This document shows positions 1 to 41,590 of a DNA stretch of 64,000 nucleotides, piece after piece. The DNA comes from Malacoraja senta (taxonomy: Eukaryota). Within the stretch, counting starts at the first letter, position 1, and every line of letters begins with the position of its first letter. The translations under genes were made by a program, and so were the position numbers. The notes under the pieces were generated by a model, which saw nothing but the letters and a program-made list of their open reading frames with translations, ran no database searches and had not been told where the DNA came from. The DNA is taken from contig CM075987.1 in assembly GCA_038087875.1 (NCBI GenBank), positions 20,586,001 to 20,650,000 of the forward strand. Direction: 5' to 3'.

Positions 1-29088
<29,088 letters not shown>

Positions 29089-32000
29089 CTGAGGGGGTGC
29101 AGGGGAAGGGGAGGGAAAAACAGAAATTTTATTCAGAAATTTGATCTTTTCTCACGGTTTCTAAAGAAAAAGCTTTCAAAAATCGCACTAAAAATTGCTC
29201 TTTCAAAAAGGAATGAATCTGTATCCAATAATAACTCCAAGGACATCATAAATAGTAAATATATATTGATAGCTTAGAGCCATGATTTAAGGTGAAGTTA
29301 TTACTTATCATGGATGTGAACTGGACTTGATTTAACACTTACAGTTGGAATATATGGCAGCACACTGCTCACCCATGTAATATCAGCCCATCACTTCAAA
29401 ACAACAGAACACTCCACATACTGATATTATTCATCTCTTGTAATAAACTGCTATCTTCAAATGGGTTTCAGACTATCTCCCAGCAAAAATAAAAACACTG
29501 CATTATTCCTCTGAAACAGCAAAGATGAAAATAGAAGCCAATTGACTAATTCCACAATTAAATAGGAATTCAAAATTCCCTATTCATCATATACCAAGTT
29601 GTCATAAATTGGGGCAATAATTTGGATGGAGTCACTCTGCACCTATATTCTCAATGAGAATGGACATTGATCTTGAGAGTCCCTCACCATCAACACTTTG
29701 AAATTTAGCTGGAGCTGTTCAAGAGGATCAAAGCAAGATCAGCAGACTTCTGACTTCCTCCATTCTGACCCCATGTGCCCAGGGCAGACAAAGCTCAAAA
29801 CTGCCTTCCTTAACTATTTGCCTAGAATCAAATCCAGTTAGCCTATTATCACCTGAGAATTGTAAAGAATTATAGTGAACCAAATGGCATTACTGACAGT
29901 TCTAAAAGTTAAAATGGCAGCAGTGAAGTATAGTTAAGATCTGAGGTGTGTTATTTGTTCCTTCAATGCTCCTCTCTGAAAAGCAAGTGTTGAAGCAGCA
30001 TCACCCTAGAGCTCATACATTCAAAGCAAACCAGGATAAGTTGGTAAACTAAATTTAACACAGATGGTAATATGCAAGTTACTATAAAAAATGGTGAAAC
30101 AAACATGGCTCATTAATTCCTTCACAAAAAAGGAAGCTGCCATTGTACATGGTCAAGTTTACAAGTTACATCAGTCATCCAGTTAAAGATTCAGTGAACA
30201 GTTCACATTGCGTTAACACCATCAGAATAACTAAGGTTGCATCAGGAGTATCACTTTGATGCTCACATCATAGAAACAAATATGACAATTGTGCAAATAA
30301 TCTGGGCCAATGCAGGTTCCAGCTCCTGATTGTTGCCCTAATCCCTGTTATGTAAACAGGAGAGTCTCTTATTCTAGGCTTACAGAGACCACTGAATCCC
30401 ACCAACATTATGTTTGGACAGCAAGCAAAATACTTGTGGAGGTTACCAAGGTGGCTGAGAAACTGTCCGCTATAAAAGTATCACTAGGTTCAGGAAAGGA
30501 AGGGAGAAATGTTGAGGAAAAGCCAATTCAATCAAGTTACACAGCTCAATTTACCCGTTCACACAAATAACGATTATTTTACGGAAACTATAATTCTGAT
30601 TCCTGGGCAAATAATCTTGAAACACAACTTCAATTCTCATCAAAGCACTGAGGAATTTAATTTAGGAAATCAAATCTTTACTAAAAAGCTGGTATCAGAA
30701 ATTGTGCCCATTAAAACTAACAAATATTTGTAAAATCCCACCTTGCCAAGCCTGATCTCTCAGCCCACAGCAATACATAGTTGATTTAACCACTGCCATA
30801 ATTCCATTTGCATGCTAACACCTTCTATGACATGGTCATTACCATCAGGAATAAGCACACATCCATCAGTAAAACAAGTATTGCATGGCAAGATGATTGG
30901 ATGAATAATGATCAAATCAGATAATAACAAGAAGCAAGTTTACACACATCATCCCATCAACCATTTATATCAGTACCACAGTCCAGAAATCTATACAAAT
31001 TGTTCACATAGACCAAAGAAAGGCTAAGACTCCAGGTCAGCAAGATCGAGCCAATTATTCTGAGCACTGCTAAGTGTTGAAATCAGCAAAGGATAAACTA
31101 ACCACTTTCTGATTACCCATTCATTGCGCCTCTCTCTAGATTATTCAACTTTTGGAGAGCTGTTCTGAAATTAGAGTTAAACTCAAGGCAGATCTATTTA
31201 TGTTGGCCCCTGCCATTTGATTCCCATCATGACTAGGGGATAAATCATTCTTGGGACAAAGCACAAGGAAACCCTTGCAAACTTGCAATCAATAAATAAC
31301 ATATGATTTGGAGCTTGCCTTTTAATAGATTCCCAGATAGGACTGGACATGATTAAGGAGGTCAGGAGGCTCCAAAGATATACCGTTCAACCATTTGTTG
31401 CTTCTTACACACACACACACACACATCATCCAGCCTAATCTTTGTGAGCAAAGCAGAATACAAGACTCCAACATTGGAGTCAGCGTTCAGGCACTCTAAT
31501 GCCGATTCTAAACACACAAGGTGCCATTCATAATACCGGCATTATCAGCATCAAATTTTGGCCCTGGTGTTCAGAACTTAAAGCTGCTGTATTATAAAAT
31601 CTATTTAAATATCCTTCAAAACATAACAGTTAGACCTAAACCACAAATCAATCACAATTTCATTTAAATTGCTTTTTTTCCCATTGAAGAACATGTGTAC
31701 AGGGGGCAGTGGTTTAATCAACATAAGTTGTTCCTGATTTGGTTTATCTAGGCTACAATCTGCCCTCACTTTGCAGGTTGCAAATTATTGCTGATTTTTA
31801 TTCCCCTTTATATGTGCACAGTATTATTTCATTTACTTGTCCCAGTTATGTAAGCCTTCATGAAAGAAGAGGCATTTTGTTTGCTGTTTCTCCTACATGT
31901 ATATTTTGAGTCTCAACTTCACCACCAAAGCACAGAAAAGTGCTTCAAACCAGTGTCTGACACGCAGTTTTGATGTGAACACTTCATTCCTTTGGAATGT

Positions 32001-34104
32001 CAGGGTAGCAGTTCTGGCACAATATATTCAGAGGTTAAGAATATTCAACAGTTTGGATCCCAGCACTAGCACTGCAGTCTTTCTCTGAATTTCCTCTGTC
32101 CTCTAAAATATCTATTTCCTGGAAGGACATGGGCTAGAGTGCTTGTCTAGGTAACTTGCAGTTGAGTGTGAAGTCTAACACAATTGAGCCTCAGTAATAG
32201 CTAACGAGAGGATCAATTTGGAGGATTTTTCAGATTCAGCATTGATGTATTTGTCTAGTGCTTCAATGTAGGTTATCCAGGACTCAAAAGCATACAGGAG
32301 GACAGGTGCCACTGCTGTTCAGTAAGTCATCAGCTAGATGCTGAGTTTCATGGCCGTGGTCTACAAATATACTTTTCTTCACCAGAAGGGAAAATCCTAT
32401 AAGCACCATGTCGATCTATGAGGTCAATTGGTTTACATTAGAACCGGAAAAGTGAGAAAACAAGTGTATTTTACGCTGCAGGAAACAGGAAGATGGAAAA
32501 CAGAAGGAATAAACAACATGCTCTGTTCCAGATGTCCAATGTTTGCAGATTATTTTGTTTCATTTTTAATGCTTGCACATAAACTGATGACTGCTTTCAC
32601 TATATCTCTGTACACCTGACAATAATAAACTAATTTAAACTAAAATTAGGAGGCAAATCCAGATATATGGACATATAATAATTATTAAGTTAATAACTGT
32701 CGCTTCAGAATGGAGCTGTAGGCAGCTGACCAATTTCTTGCTCCATCTGTACATTAACTCCATTCTCGCTACAATCAAGTTAGTCGTGCCATGTAGCCTT
32801 ACAGTGAGAGTTGAGAAGTAGATTGAGGCAATGACACAACCTCTCTTGTTCATGGTCTGTGGTGGACCCAACGTTTAGGATCGTTGCTGCACACAGAATG
32901 ATAATGAATTCCCACGGAAGGCCAAATTTGAGAAGCATTTACCATATCTCGTGTAATTAATAGACTTGAAGGTCTGTTAAGCGGAAAAGCAATGTGCACT
33001 GGCTGATGTTGATCCTATATTTCTCGTAACAGATGAAGATTATGCTCACTGCATCCCTGGCTGGGCAGGATCTACACTGTGACATTGACAGGAGTTCTTT
33101 GGAGAAGGCTTTTGAGGAGGATCCTTACAATGACTTTCCCCACAGCAGATAGCTGGCGATGTAATTATGACAATCAAGTTTATCTGCTCCTGAAGACAAT
33201 CACGATTAGCAGGTATGAAACCCATAAGTTGTTCTCTTCCACCAAGATAAGGGAGATGACAATTATTAATTCACTCCAGAAGCACTTCTCTGCCACATTT
33301 TAGTGCTTCAACATGAATTTAATTTGATCTGCTGGCCCTGATCTGGAACGGTCACATAGCATCTTCAGATTGTTGCCTGCCTGAGCAGCACCAAGATCTT
33401 AGAAGTGCTGATTACACTCTATTGTTGACAAGTTGTCATCTGTTCTTGGCTTCCAGTGGAGGTCTATAGGTGTTTGGGCATCACAGTAAAAACATGAACT
33501 GAACAATGGGCTCCACGGACCTTGGTTTACCTCGGAGTTCAGCAAGGTGCACAACAGGCTCCCTCAAGTAGCAACAAAATAAAGAGACTTTTATTAATGC
33601 AATTTGAGAGGGAAAACAGCCAGGCAGTCAGAAACAAAACTGCTTCCCGCCCCTGAACTAATATTTCATAGGCATGGGAGAATAGCCAGTCTTGTCTTTC
33701 ATTATAGATAAGGAGATGAGCTGATAAAGACTTCTCACCAAACAATGAAATTCAATTAAGGAAGAGACAATTAAGGAAAAGACAAACCTTTGGTAGAGGA
33801 AGTGTAGGATAGAATTAAAGCTGGCTGCTTCCAGAATCATTTCCCACCAAGAATCACAGAATAGAGCACAATAGGTTGCCAATGCTATACCTGCTCTCTG
33901 TACAGCATTCCCCTCAGTCCCAATCCCACACTCTTTCTTTGTAGTCCTTTAAATCATTTTTAATCACCTTCCTACTTAGCTCTAGGAAATCCCCAATTGA
34001 CTCCGTTTCCATCACCACTACAGACAGCAAGTTCCAGGTCTGACCTTATGCAGTAACATATTTCAAGTGACAACTTATTAATCACAGTGAAGACAAAACA
34101 AGTC

Positions 34105-34440
34105 TGTCCAATCTCTCCCTGTAGCTAATATCCCCTAATGTAGGCATCATTCCAGTGAACATCCTCTGCACCCTTTCCAAAGCCTCCATGTCATTTCTGT
34201 AATGGGGTGACCTGAACTGCACATCAATGCGGCCTAATCAAAGCCCTATAAAGCTGCATCATGATTTGTTGACTCTTATACTCAATGCCCCAACCTATGA
34301 AGGACGACATTCCCTATTCCGTCTCTACCACTATCTACTTGTTTTGCCATTTTCAGAAAATTATGGACTTGGACCCCAAGAATCCTCTGTACATCAATGC
34401 TGTTGAGGGTCCTGCCATTAATTGTGTATATTCCCCTTGC
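34105..34440 (-). mobile_element. Old CR1 fragment
   Basis: GTGAACATCCTCTGCACCCTTTCCAAAGCC...GACCCAAGAATCCTCTGTACATC, similar to 27040-27800. Confidence 0.65.
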
Positions 34441-34928
34441 ATAACATTTTATATCCTCAAAGAAAATAAACTGTCAACCGTAATATGCGTTGCATGAAAT
34501 GATGTTGGATTTACATAGTTGTCATGATTTTTGAAATGTCCTATACCTGTGCCTTAATAATCTATTCCAGCAATTTCCCGATAATAGCCATCAGGCAAAT
34601 ATCTGCTTTCTGCCTTTTAGCTCTCGTCTTTTCCTAACTAAGCATTTCTCCCACTAACTACCAGAGAATGAGATAAACACCTTGCTGAAAAGCAAAAATA
34701 AACACATTCAATCTTTTATCACAAATTCTGCACTACTCATAAAAGCTATGCAACCACCCACAATACGTTGAGGGCAAACCAAGTACCACCATCAATGCCC
34801 TACACGTTTGAGAGACATAAAGCTGACACTCCGAATGTCAACCGTAATCAGGCATGGTCCTCTGAGGCAACTAGGCCAGGGGTAAAAAAAACACCAAAGT
34901 ACAGAATAAATAAGACTGCCACCAGATA

Positions 34929-37255
34929 CAGTGCCCTCCATAATGTTTGGGACAAAGACCCATTGTTTATTTATTTGTACTCCACAATTTGAGATTTGTA
35001 ATAGAAAAAAAATCACATGTGGTTAAAGTGCACATTGTCAGATTTTAATAAAGGCCATTTTAATACATTTTGGTTTGACCATGCAGAAATTACAGCAATG
35101 TTTATACATACTCCCACCCCCCCCCCCCCCCCCCCCATTTCAGGACACCATGTTTGGGACACAGCAATGTCATGTAAATGAAAGTAGTCATGTTTACTAT
35201 TTTGTTGCATATCCTTTGCATGCAATGCCTGCTTGAAGTCTGCAATTCATGGACATCACCAGTTGCCAGGTGTCTTCTCTGGTGATGCTCTGCCAGGCCT
35301 GTATTGCAGCCAACTTTAGCTTATGCTTGTTTTGGGGGCTAGTCCCCTTCAGTTTTCTCTTCAGGAAAGCAAAAAAAACAGGAAAGCAGACTATTTTCTA
35401 AATGGTGGCCGACTAGGAAAAGGGGAGATGCAGCGAGACCTGGGTGTCATGGTACACCAGTCATTGAAAGTAGGCATGCAGGTGCAGCAGGCAGTGAAGA
35501 AAGCGAATGGTATGTTAGCTTTCATAGCAAAAGGATTTGAGTATAGGAGCAGGGAGGTTCTACTGCAGTTGTACAGGGTCTTGGTGAGACCACACCTGGA
35601 GTATTGCGTACAGTTTTGGTCTCCAAATCTGAGGAAGGACATTATTGCCATAGAGGGAGTGCAGAGAAGGTTCACCAGACTGATTCCTGGGATGTCAGGA
35701 CTGTCTTATGAAGAAAGACTGGATAGACTTGGTTTATACTCTCTAGAATTTAGGAGATTGAGAGGGGATCTTATAGAAACTTACAAAATTCTTAAGGGGT
35801 TGGACAGGCTAGATGCAGGAAGATTGCTCCCGATGTTGGGGAAGTCCAGGACAAGGGGTCACAGCTTAAGGATAAGGGGGAAATCCTTTAAAACCGAGAT
35901 GAGAAGAACTTTTTTCACACAGAGAGTGGTGAATCTCTGGAACTCTCTGCCACAGAGGGTAGTCGAGGCCAGTTCATTGGCTATATTTAAGAGGGAGTTA
36001 GATGTGGCCCTTGTGGCTAAAGGGATCAGAGGGTATGGAGAGAAGGCAGGTACGGGATACTGAGTTGGATGATCAGCCATGATCATATTGAATGGCGGTG
36101 CAGGCTCGAAGGGCCGAATGGCCTACTCCTGCACCTAATTTCTATGTTTCTAAAAGGCATGCTCAATTGGGTTCAGATCGGGTGATTGACTTGGCCACTC
36201 AAGAATTGATCATTATTTAGCTTTGAAAAACGAATTTGTTGCTTCATTGTTGTATCATCAATGAAGATAAGTGAGCCAGTACCTTCAGCAGCCACACATG
36301 CCCAGGCCATGACACCTCCACCACCTTGTTTCACAGATGAGGTGGTACGCTTTGGATCTTGGGCAGTTCCTTCTCTCCTCCATACTTTGCTCTTGCCATC
36401 ACTCTGATATAAGTTAATCTTCGTCTCATCCATCTACAAGACCTTTTTCCAGAACTGTGGTTGCTCTTTTAAGTACTTCTTGGCAAACTGTAACCCGGCC
36501 ATCCTATTTTTGTGGCTAACCAGTAGTTTGCATCTTACAGTATAGCCTCTGAATTTCTGTTCATGAAGTCTTCTGTGGATAGTGGTCATTGACACATCCA
36601 CACCTGACTCCTGAAGAGTGTTTCTGATCTTTTGGACAGGTGTTTGGTGGAGGGGGGGGGGGCGGTTTCTTTATCACAGAGAGAATTCCTCTGGTATCGG
36701 CTGTGGAGGTCTTCCTTGGCCTGCCAGTCCCGTTGCGATTAGTAAGCTCACCAGTGTTCTCTTTCTTCGTAATGATGTTCCAAACAGTTAATTTTGGTAA
36801 GCCTAAGGTTTGGCTGATGTCTCTAACAGTTTTATTCTTGTTTCTCAGTCTCATAATGGCTTCTTTGACTTTCATTGGCACAACTTTGGTCCTCATGTTG
36901 ATAAACAGCAATAAAAGTTTCCAAAGGTGAAGGAATGACTGGAGGAAACACTAGGTGCTGAGAGCTCTCTTATATCTACATTGAGGAGGCAAGTAAACAC
37001 ACCTGAACAATTACAAACACCTGTGAAGCCATGCGTCCCAAACATTATGGTGCCCTGAAATGGGAGGACTATGTATAAACACAGCTGTAATTTCTACATG
37101 GTGAAACCAAAACGTATAAAAATACCCTTTAATAAAATCTGACAATGTGTACTTTAACCACATATGATTTTTTCTATTACAAATCTCAAATTGTGGAGTA
37201 CAGAGGCAAATAAATGAATGACGGGTCTTTGTCCCAAACATTATGGAGGGTACTG
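34929..37255 (-). mobile_element. Second, decayed Tc1-family transposon interrupted by a CR1 fragment
   Basis: TIRs CAGTGCCCTCCATAATGTTTGGGACAAAGACCC (~230 bp); left flank TA. Minus-strand fragments MRTKVVPMKVKEAI..GRPRKTS, DETKINLYQSDG..GGGGVMAWAC and [11 protein letters not shown], with an internal deletion and frameshifts. Confidence 0.9.
35365..36151 (+). mobile_element. CR1-clade LINE, 5'-truncated, young subfamily
   Basis: RT C-terminus RDLGV...LVRPHLEYCVQFWSP...RRLRGDLIETYKIL...FTQRVVNLWNSLP; 3' tail TTTCTATGTTTCTA. Confidence 0.93.
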
Positions 37256-37479
37256 TGCCTTCTATCTCCCACAGAGATCAGCCAAACTCCACTCACTATC
37301 ACCAACCGGGTACCTCCTAATTGAGAAAGAAACAAGAAAATCAGTGCCCCACTCCCACCAAACTAAATAAATCAGAAGTCTATCTTCCCAGGTTTGAGGG
37401 CAATCAAGATGTGCACAGTTCTATGCTGTAGATAAACAATTTGCCCATGGGCAGGGTTGAATCGCCTCAGATCAGGGCC

Positions 37480-38350
37480 TATCCGAGCAGCAGGAAACCA
37501 GGCATATCCATTTACCCATGGGTGCTCAAACTCTCCCAAGGGACGCCTGGAGTTCCACGCACTCCGGGAATATTGGGATGACAGGTACTTCCCTGATCCA
37601 CAGTTCGAGAGTGAAGACTGTTCAAGAGTAAATAAGACATCTCACTGACCCCAGGTTTGAGGGCACACCAGACTGTATCAACTACAGCACCCACTGTAAA
37701 TGCAAGCAAGACTCCAACCAACTATGGCCAGGGGTATAACTACGCTGTCTCCCCAGGCCATCTAGGCCAAAGGTAAACTAAACACCCTACTCACATGGGT
37801 AAATCAAATGACCATAAGGGTCAAATGCCCCGAATACAAACTATACCAGACCACTTCACCAAACCCCTCAAAGGCACACTAAGTGACTGCCCTACCGCTA
37901 GGCAGAGGCCACCAGATTATCCTATTCCTGGATACGAGTATGTTAAATGCCAATGCCTCAGATTGAGAGTACACCTTACAAATCTCATGAAGGATGCACC
38001 TAAATGACTCATATCTTCGGTCAAGGGTACACTAGAAAATCGGAATGAGCACAAATTAGATGCTTCCGTCCCAAGCTAATGAAAAACATGGCTTAAGTCT
38101 AACCCCGGCGAGCACAAACCACACCATCCCCAAGATCCAATATAAAGTATAAACCGAGCACACTATCCAAGGTTGTGAGTAAATGACTCATTGATACTCA
38201 GCATAGATAATCTATCATCCTCAGTGACTGGACAGCTACCATATTGTGGAGGATATACAAGGCGTCCAAGGTCCTCGGTTGATACCCCCGATACCAAAGT
38301 GTACAGGAGGTATTTCTCCTGGATCAAGTTTAAATCAAAGGAATCACCAG
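37480..38350 (+). mobile_element. Possible highly decayed DIRS-type retroelement RT relic
   Basis: Fragmented translations (KGRLEF..RYFPDP..EDCSR, TWVNQ, PDHFTKPLK) appear in the order expected for DIRS RT motifs; many disruptions. Confidence 0.35.
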
Positions 38351-39331
38351 CCTTGTCTGAGTATATCACAGATAACCAAGTTAAACACAAAGCGCTGGAG
38401 GAACTCTGAGGGTCAGGCAGCATCTGTGCAGGCAATGTTTACACCCCTTGTAGGGTCAGGACCCTTCTTCAGAATCTGCATGCAAGAGATCCACGACATG
38501 ATCTCTTCGAACAGGATGAGGGATATGAGGTTATGCATCCATGTGAGACGTACTTCTCTTCCATACTTTAGTAATGTATCTGATTTGGAGGCCCTGATCG
38601 AGTCTGAAGTAGGGTTTCCGACCCGAAACGTCGTCAGTCCATTCCCTCCACAGATGTTGCCCGATCCGATGAGTTCCTCTGGCACTTTGTGTGTTTTGCT
38701 CAAGATTCCAGCATCTGCATTTTCTCGTGTCTCCACGTCACGAACAACCGAACACAATTGTCACCAGGAATAAACCAAACATCACGGCGTCCCGGACATC
38801 AAACTCCTCGGTCAGGGGAGACCAGGCAGCTGAAGAGCTCCAGGTAAACAACCCCCCCTCCTCCCCAGCCCCGCATCCCCCTTGGGGTAGAGGGAGCCCG
38901 GTACTCGCAGCCGAGCCCCCTGGTTCACCCCCCCCCCCTTCCCCTCCCCCTCCCGGGCGGCGGGCAGGCCCGACGGTGCTGCAGTGCGAGGGAGGGGGTA
39001 CAGGCGGCCCCTTCGCCCCCGGGACGGCGAGTCTCACCCCCACCGTACCCGCCACCTCGGGTTAAATCCCCCTCCCCGGACTGGGACCACCGGAAGCTTC
39101 GGGGCTTCGGCCTGGTCCGGGGGTCGATATATAGACTCCCCGCTCCACCCAGCCCGGAGCCCCGGGGAATGGAGCAGGAGAACGGCCTGTGCACGGCACC
39201 GGTCCCGGGGCAGGTTTCCCCGGAGCCACGGCTCCGCTTCCCCGGGAGGCTGAGGGAAGATGGCGGCCGAGCGCCGCCGGGAACAAAGCGGCGCCGATCC
39301 TCCGGCCCTGACCCAGCAACCGACACTTTAC

Positions 39332-39520
39332 CTCCGAACTACCGACCTCGGCTCGTTCTCAGGGGTTCCTCCGCCTCTGCCGCAACGGGAAACTGGAGCT
39401 GGCGCCGATGCGGAGCCTGATGGAGGCGGATGGAGAGGAATCCAGGGCCTAGGCGAAAGGATTGAAGAGAAACTAAGTCCGGCCTCGTAAACCGGGGCAG
39501 AGACTGAGCCTCCGGCGGTG
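39332..39520 (-). other. PRRC2B: Putative non-coding first exon of PRRC2B (5' boundary uncertain)
   Basis: Lies in the CpG island; donor GGAG|GTAAAGT with the intron starting at 39331; no ATG in 39332-39500 on the minus strand. Confidence 0.55.
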
Positions 39521-39870
39521 GCGGCGCCTGCCGACAGCACCGGGAACTGCACCCGGGAAACCGCGCCACAGCGGCGCCTGCCGACAGCGCCGGGAACTGC
39601 ACTCGGGGAACCGCGCCACAGCGGCGCCTGCCGACAGCGTCGGGAACTGCTCTCGGGGAATCGCGCCACAGCGGCGCCTGCCGACAGCGCCGGGAACTGC
39701 ACCCGGGGAACCGCGCAAGGGCGGCGCCTGCCGACAGCGCCGGGAACTGCACCCGGGGAACCGCGCCACAGCGGCGCCTGCTGACAGCACCGGGAACTGC
39801 ACCCGGGAAACCGCGCCAGGGCGGCGCCTGCCGACAGCGCCGGGAATTGCAGACAGGGAACGGCACCGGG
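39521..39870. repeat. GC-rich minisatellite, 50-bp unit, ~7 copies
   Basis: Unit GCGGCGCCTGCCGACAGCGCCGGGAACTGCACCCGGGGAACCGCGCCACA starting at 39521, 39571, 39621, 39671, 39721, 39771 and 39821. Confidence 0.95.
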
Positions 39871-40244
39871 ACGGCATCTGGTGGCAGCAGAGGGAACTAC
39901 AGTGAAAGGAATCTACACTGAAGATGGACACAAAATGCTGGTGTAACTCAACGGGTCAGGCAGCATCTCTGGAGAAAAAGAATAGGTGATGTTTCAGGTC
40001 GGAATCCTTCTTCAGAATAATAATAATAATAATAATTAATTTTATTTGCTGGCGCCTTTCTAACACCCAATGACACCTTACAAGGCATAGAATCACAAAA
40101 ATACAAAACACATAATCGGAATAAATTAAATATAAAAACACCACAGTACACAAATCAAGGACAGAATTCAATTACAAAAGCACAAAAAGAAAATAAGAAA
40201 CACAATTTGACAGAATGAGTTGGACACTCGCAGTCTGAAACGTG

Positions 40245-40580
40245 CCTAACCATGATTCTCATGAACTTCTGCAGGTGTACAGTAGAGAGCATATTGACTG
40301 GTTGTATCATTGTCTGGTTCGGCAACTTGAACGTCCGGGAGAGGAAAAGACTGCAAAAAGTTGTGACCACTGCCCAGTCCATCTGTTCTCCCCACCATCG
40401 AAGGGATTTATCGGAGTCGCTGCCTCAAAAAGGCAGCCAACATCATCAGAGAACCACACCATCCTGGCCTCACACTCATTTCACCACTGCCATCAGGAAG
40501 AAGGTACAGGAGCCTGAAAACTGTAACATCCAGCTTCTTCCCTACAGCCATCGCTACAACCTCGTATAGGCTCTGAACTA
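40245..40580 (+). mobile_element. Rex1/Babar LINE 3' RT fragment
   Basis: NFCRCTVESILTGCIIVWFGN...RKRLQKVVTTAQSI is typical of the Rex1 C-terminus; a TGACAATAAA..CTTGACTCTTGA tail lies near 41140-41167. Confidence 0.75.
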
Positions 40581-41261
40581 CAATAGACTATTATTATCAT
40601 TATTGTTGTACTGTTTTGTTTGTTTTTTGAGTGTGTGTGTGTATAATAATAATAATAATGGATTTTATTTACGGGCGCCTTATACCGAGGTCTCAAGGAC
40701 ACCATACAGAGATTTATAGAAAACATATAATCAGAATTTAAAAAAAAAAAAATAGGTTATAAAGACCAATACATAAATCAGGGACAGAATTCCTTCCAAA
40801 AACACAAAAAAAGAAAATCAGAAGCACAATTTGAGGAGAGAGCAGCGGCAATTTAACGCCAGCGTCCACTCTCCCCTCCGACCGCCATCTTGAACACAGA
40901 CTAACAAATACAATTACAAACAATTACATACAAAAATCATCCCCCCACAATGATTTCCACTGTGGGGGAAGGCACAATGTCCAGTCCCCAGCCCCAGTTC
41001 ACCCAAAAAAAGTCAAAAAAAGTATATATATATACACACACACTGAGCTTTTATTTTCTCTCGTTTGTCATATCATACTGTGTTTACATATTCTGTTGTG
41101 CTGCGGCAAGTAAGAATGTCATTGTTTTATCTAGGATATATGACAATAAAACACTCTTGACTCTTGATATTCTCCACAGATGCTGCTTGACTGGCTGATT
41201 TCCTCCAGCTCTTTCTATCATATTTTGTAAACTGGCACCTGCAGTTCCTTGCATCTACACA

Positions 41262-41590
41262 CACAGTGTCAGTTTTCACAGTGCTAACATTGCCAGTGCC
41301 AGTGTTATCAGTGCAGACCATCAGTGCAGGCCAGTGCTCCCAGTACAGACACTCCCAGTGCCAGTGTTCCCGGTGCGAGCATTCGCAGTGTTTGTGTTTG
41401 TAGTTGGAACACTCCGCATCGGTGCAAGTGTTTCCACTGGGGAGCGTTTGCATGCCAGTGTCCCCAGTGCATTGTATTTGAAGTACGGACACTCCTACTG
41501 GCCATGTTGCCAGTGTAGGCACTGCTGGTGCCAGTGTTTCCAGTGCAGACTCTCCCACTGACAGTGTTTCCAGTGTGGACACTCTCACTG
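41262..41590. repeat. Degenerate CAGTG-based low-complexity tandem repeat
   Basis: Many CCAGTG/CAGTGT motifs at short irregular spacing. Confidence 0.7.

Larger units (their letters stand above)
38780..39880. promoter_or_regulatory. CpG island / PRRC2B promoter with YY1-like motif AAGATGGCGGC (39257-39267)
   Basis: The largest strongly GC- and CpG-rich block in the window, ~10 kb upstream of the ATG exon. Confidence 0.8.

Noticed and set aside
30170..30275. Second possible C/D snoRNA (ATGATGT...CTGA...CTGA on the minus strand)
   Set aside because: No terminal stem or recognisable rRNA-complementary guide.
32100..33950. Possible old LINE or unrecognised exons in intron 1
   Set aside because: No convincing motifs or splice-consistent frame could be read.
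35323..36063. 246-aa ORF as a host gene
   Set aside because: It is a 5'-truncated CR1 RT C-terminus with a chance start in antisense Tc1 sequence.
39521..39870. CRISPR-like array
   Set aside because: Units are contiguous with no unique spacers, the context is eukaryotic, and there are no cas genes.
38691..39931. Many overlapping ORFs of 80-175 aa
   Set aside because: Expected by-product of a GC-rich CpG island and tandem repeat; no recognisable domains.
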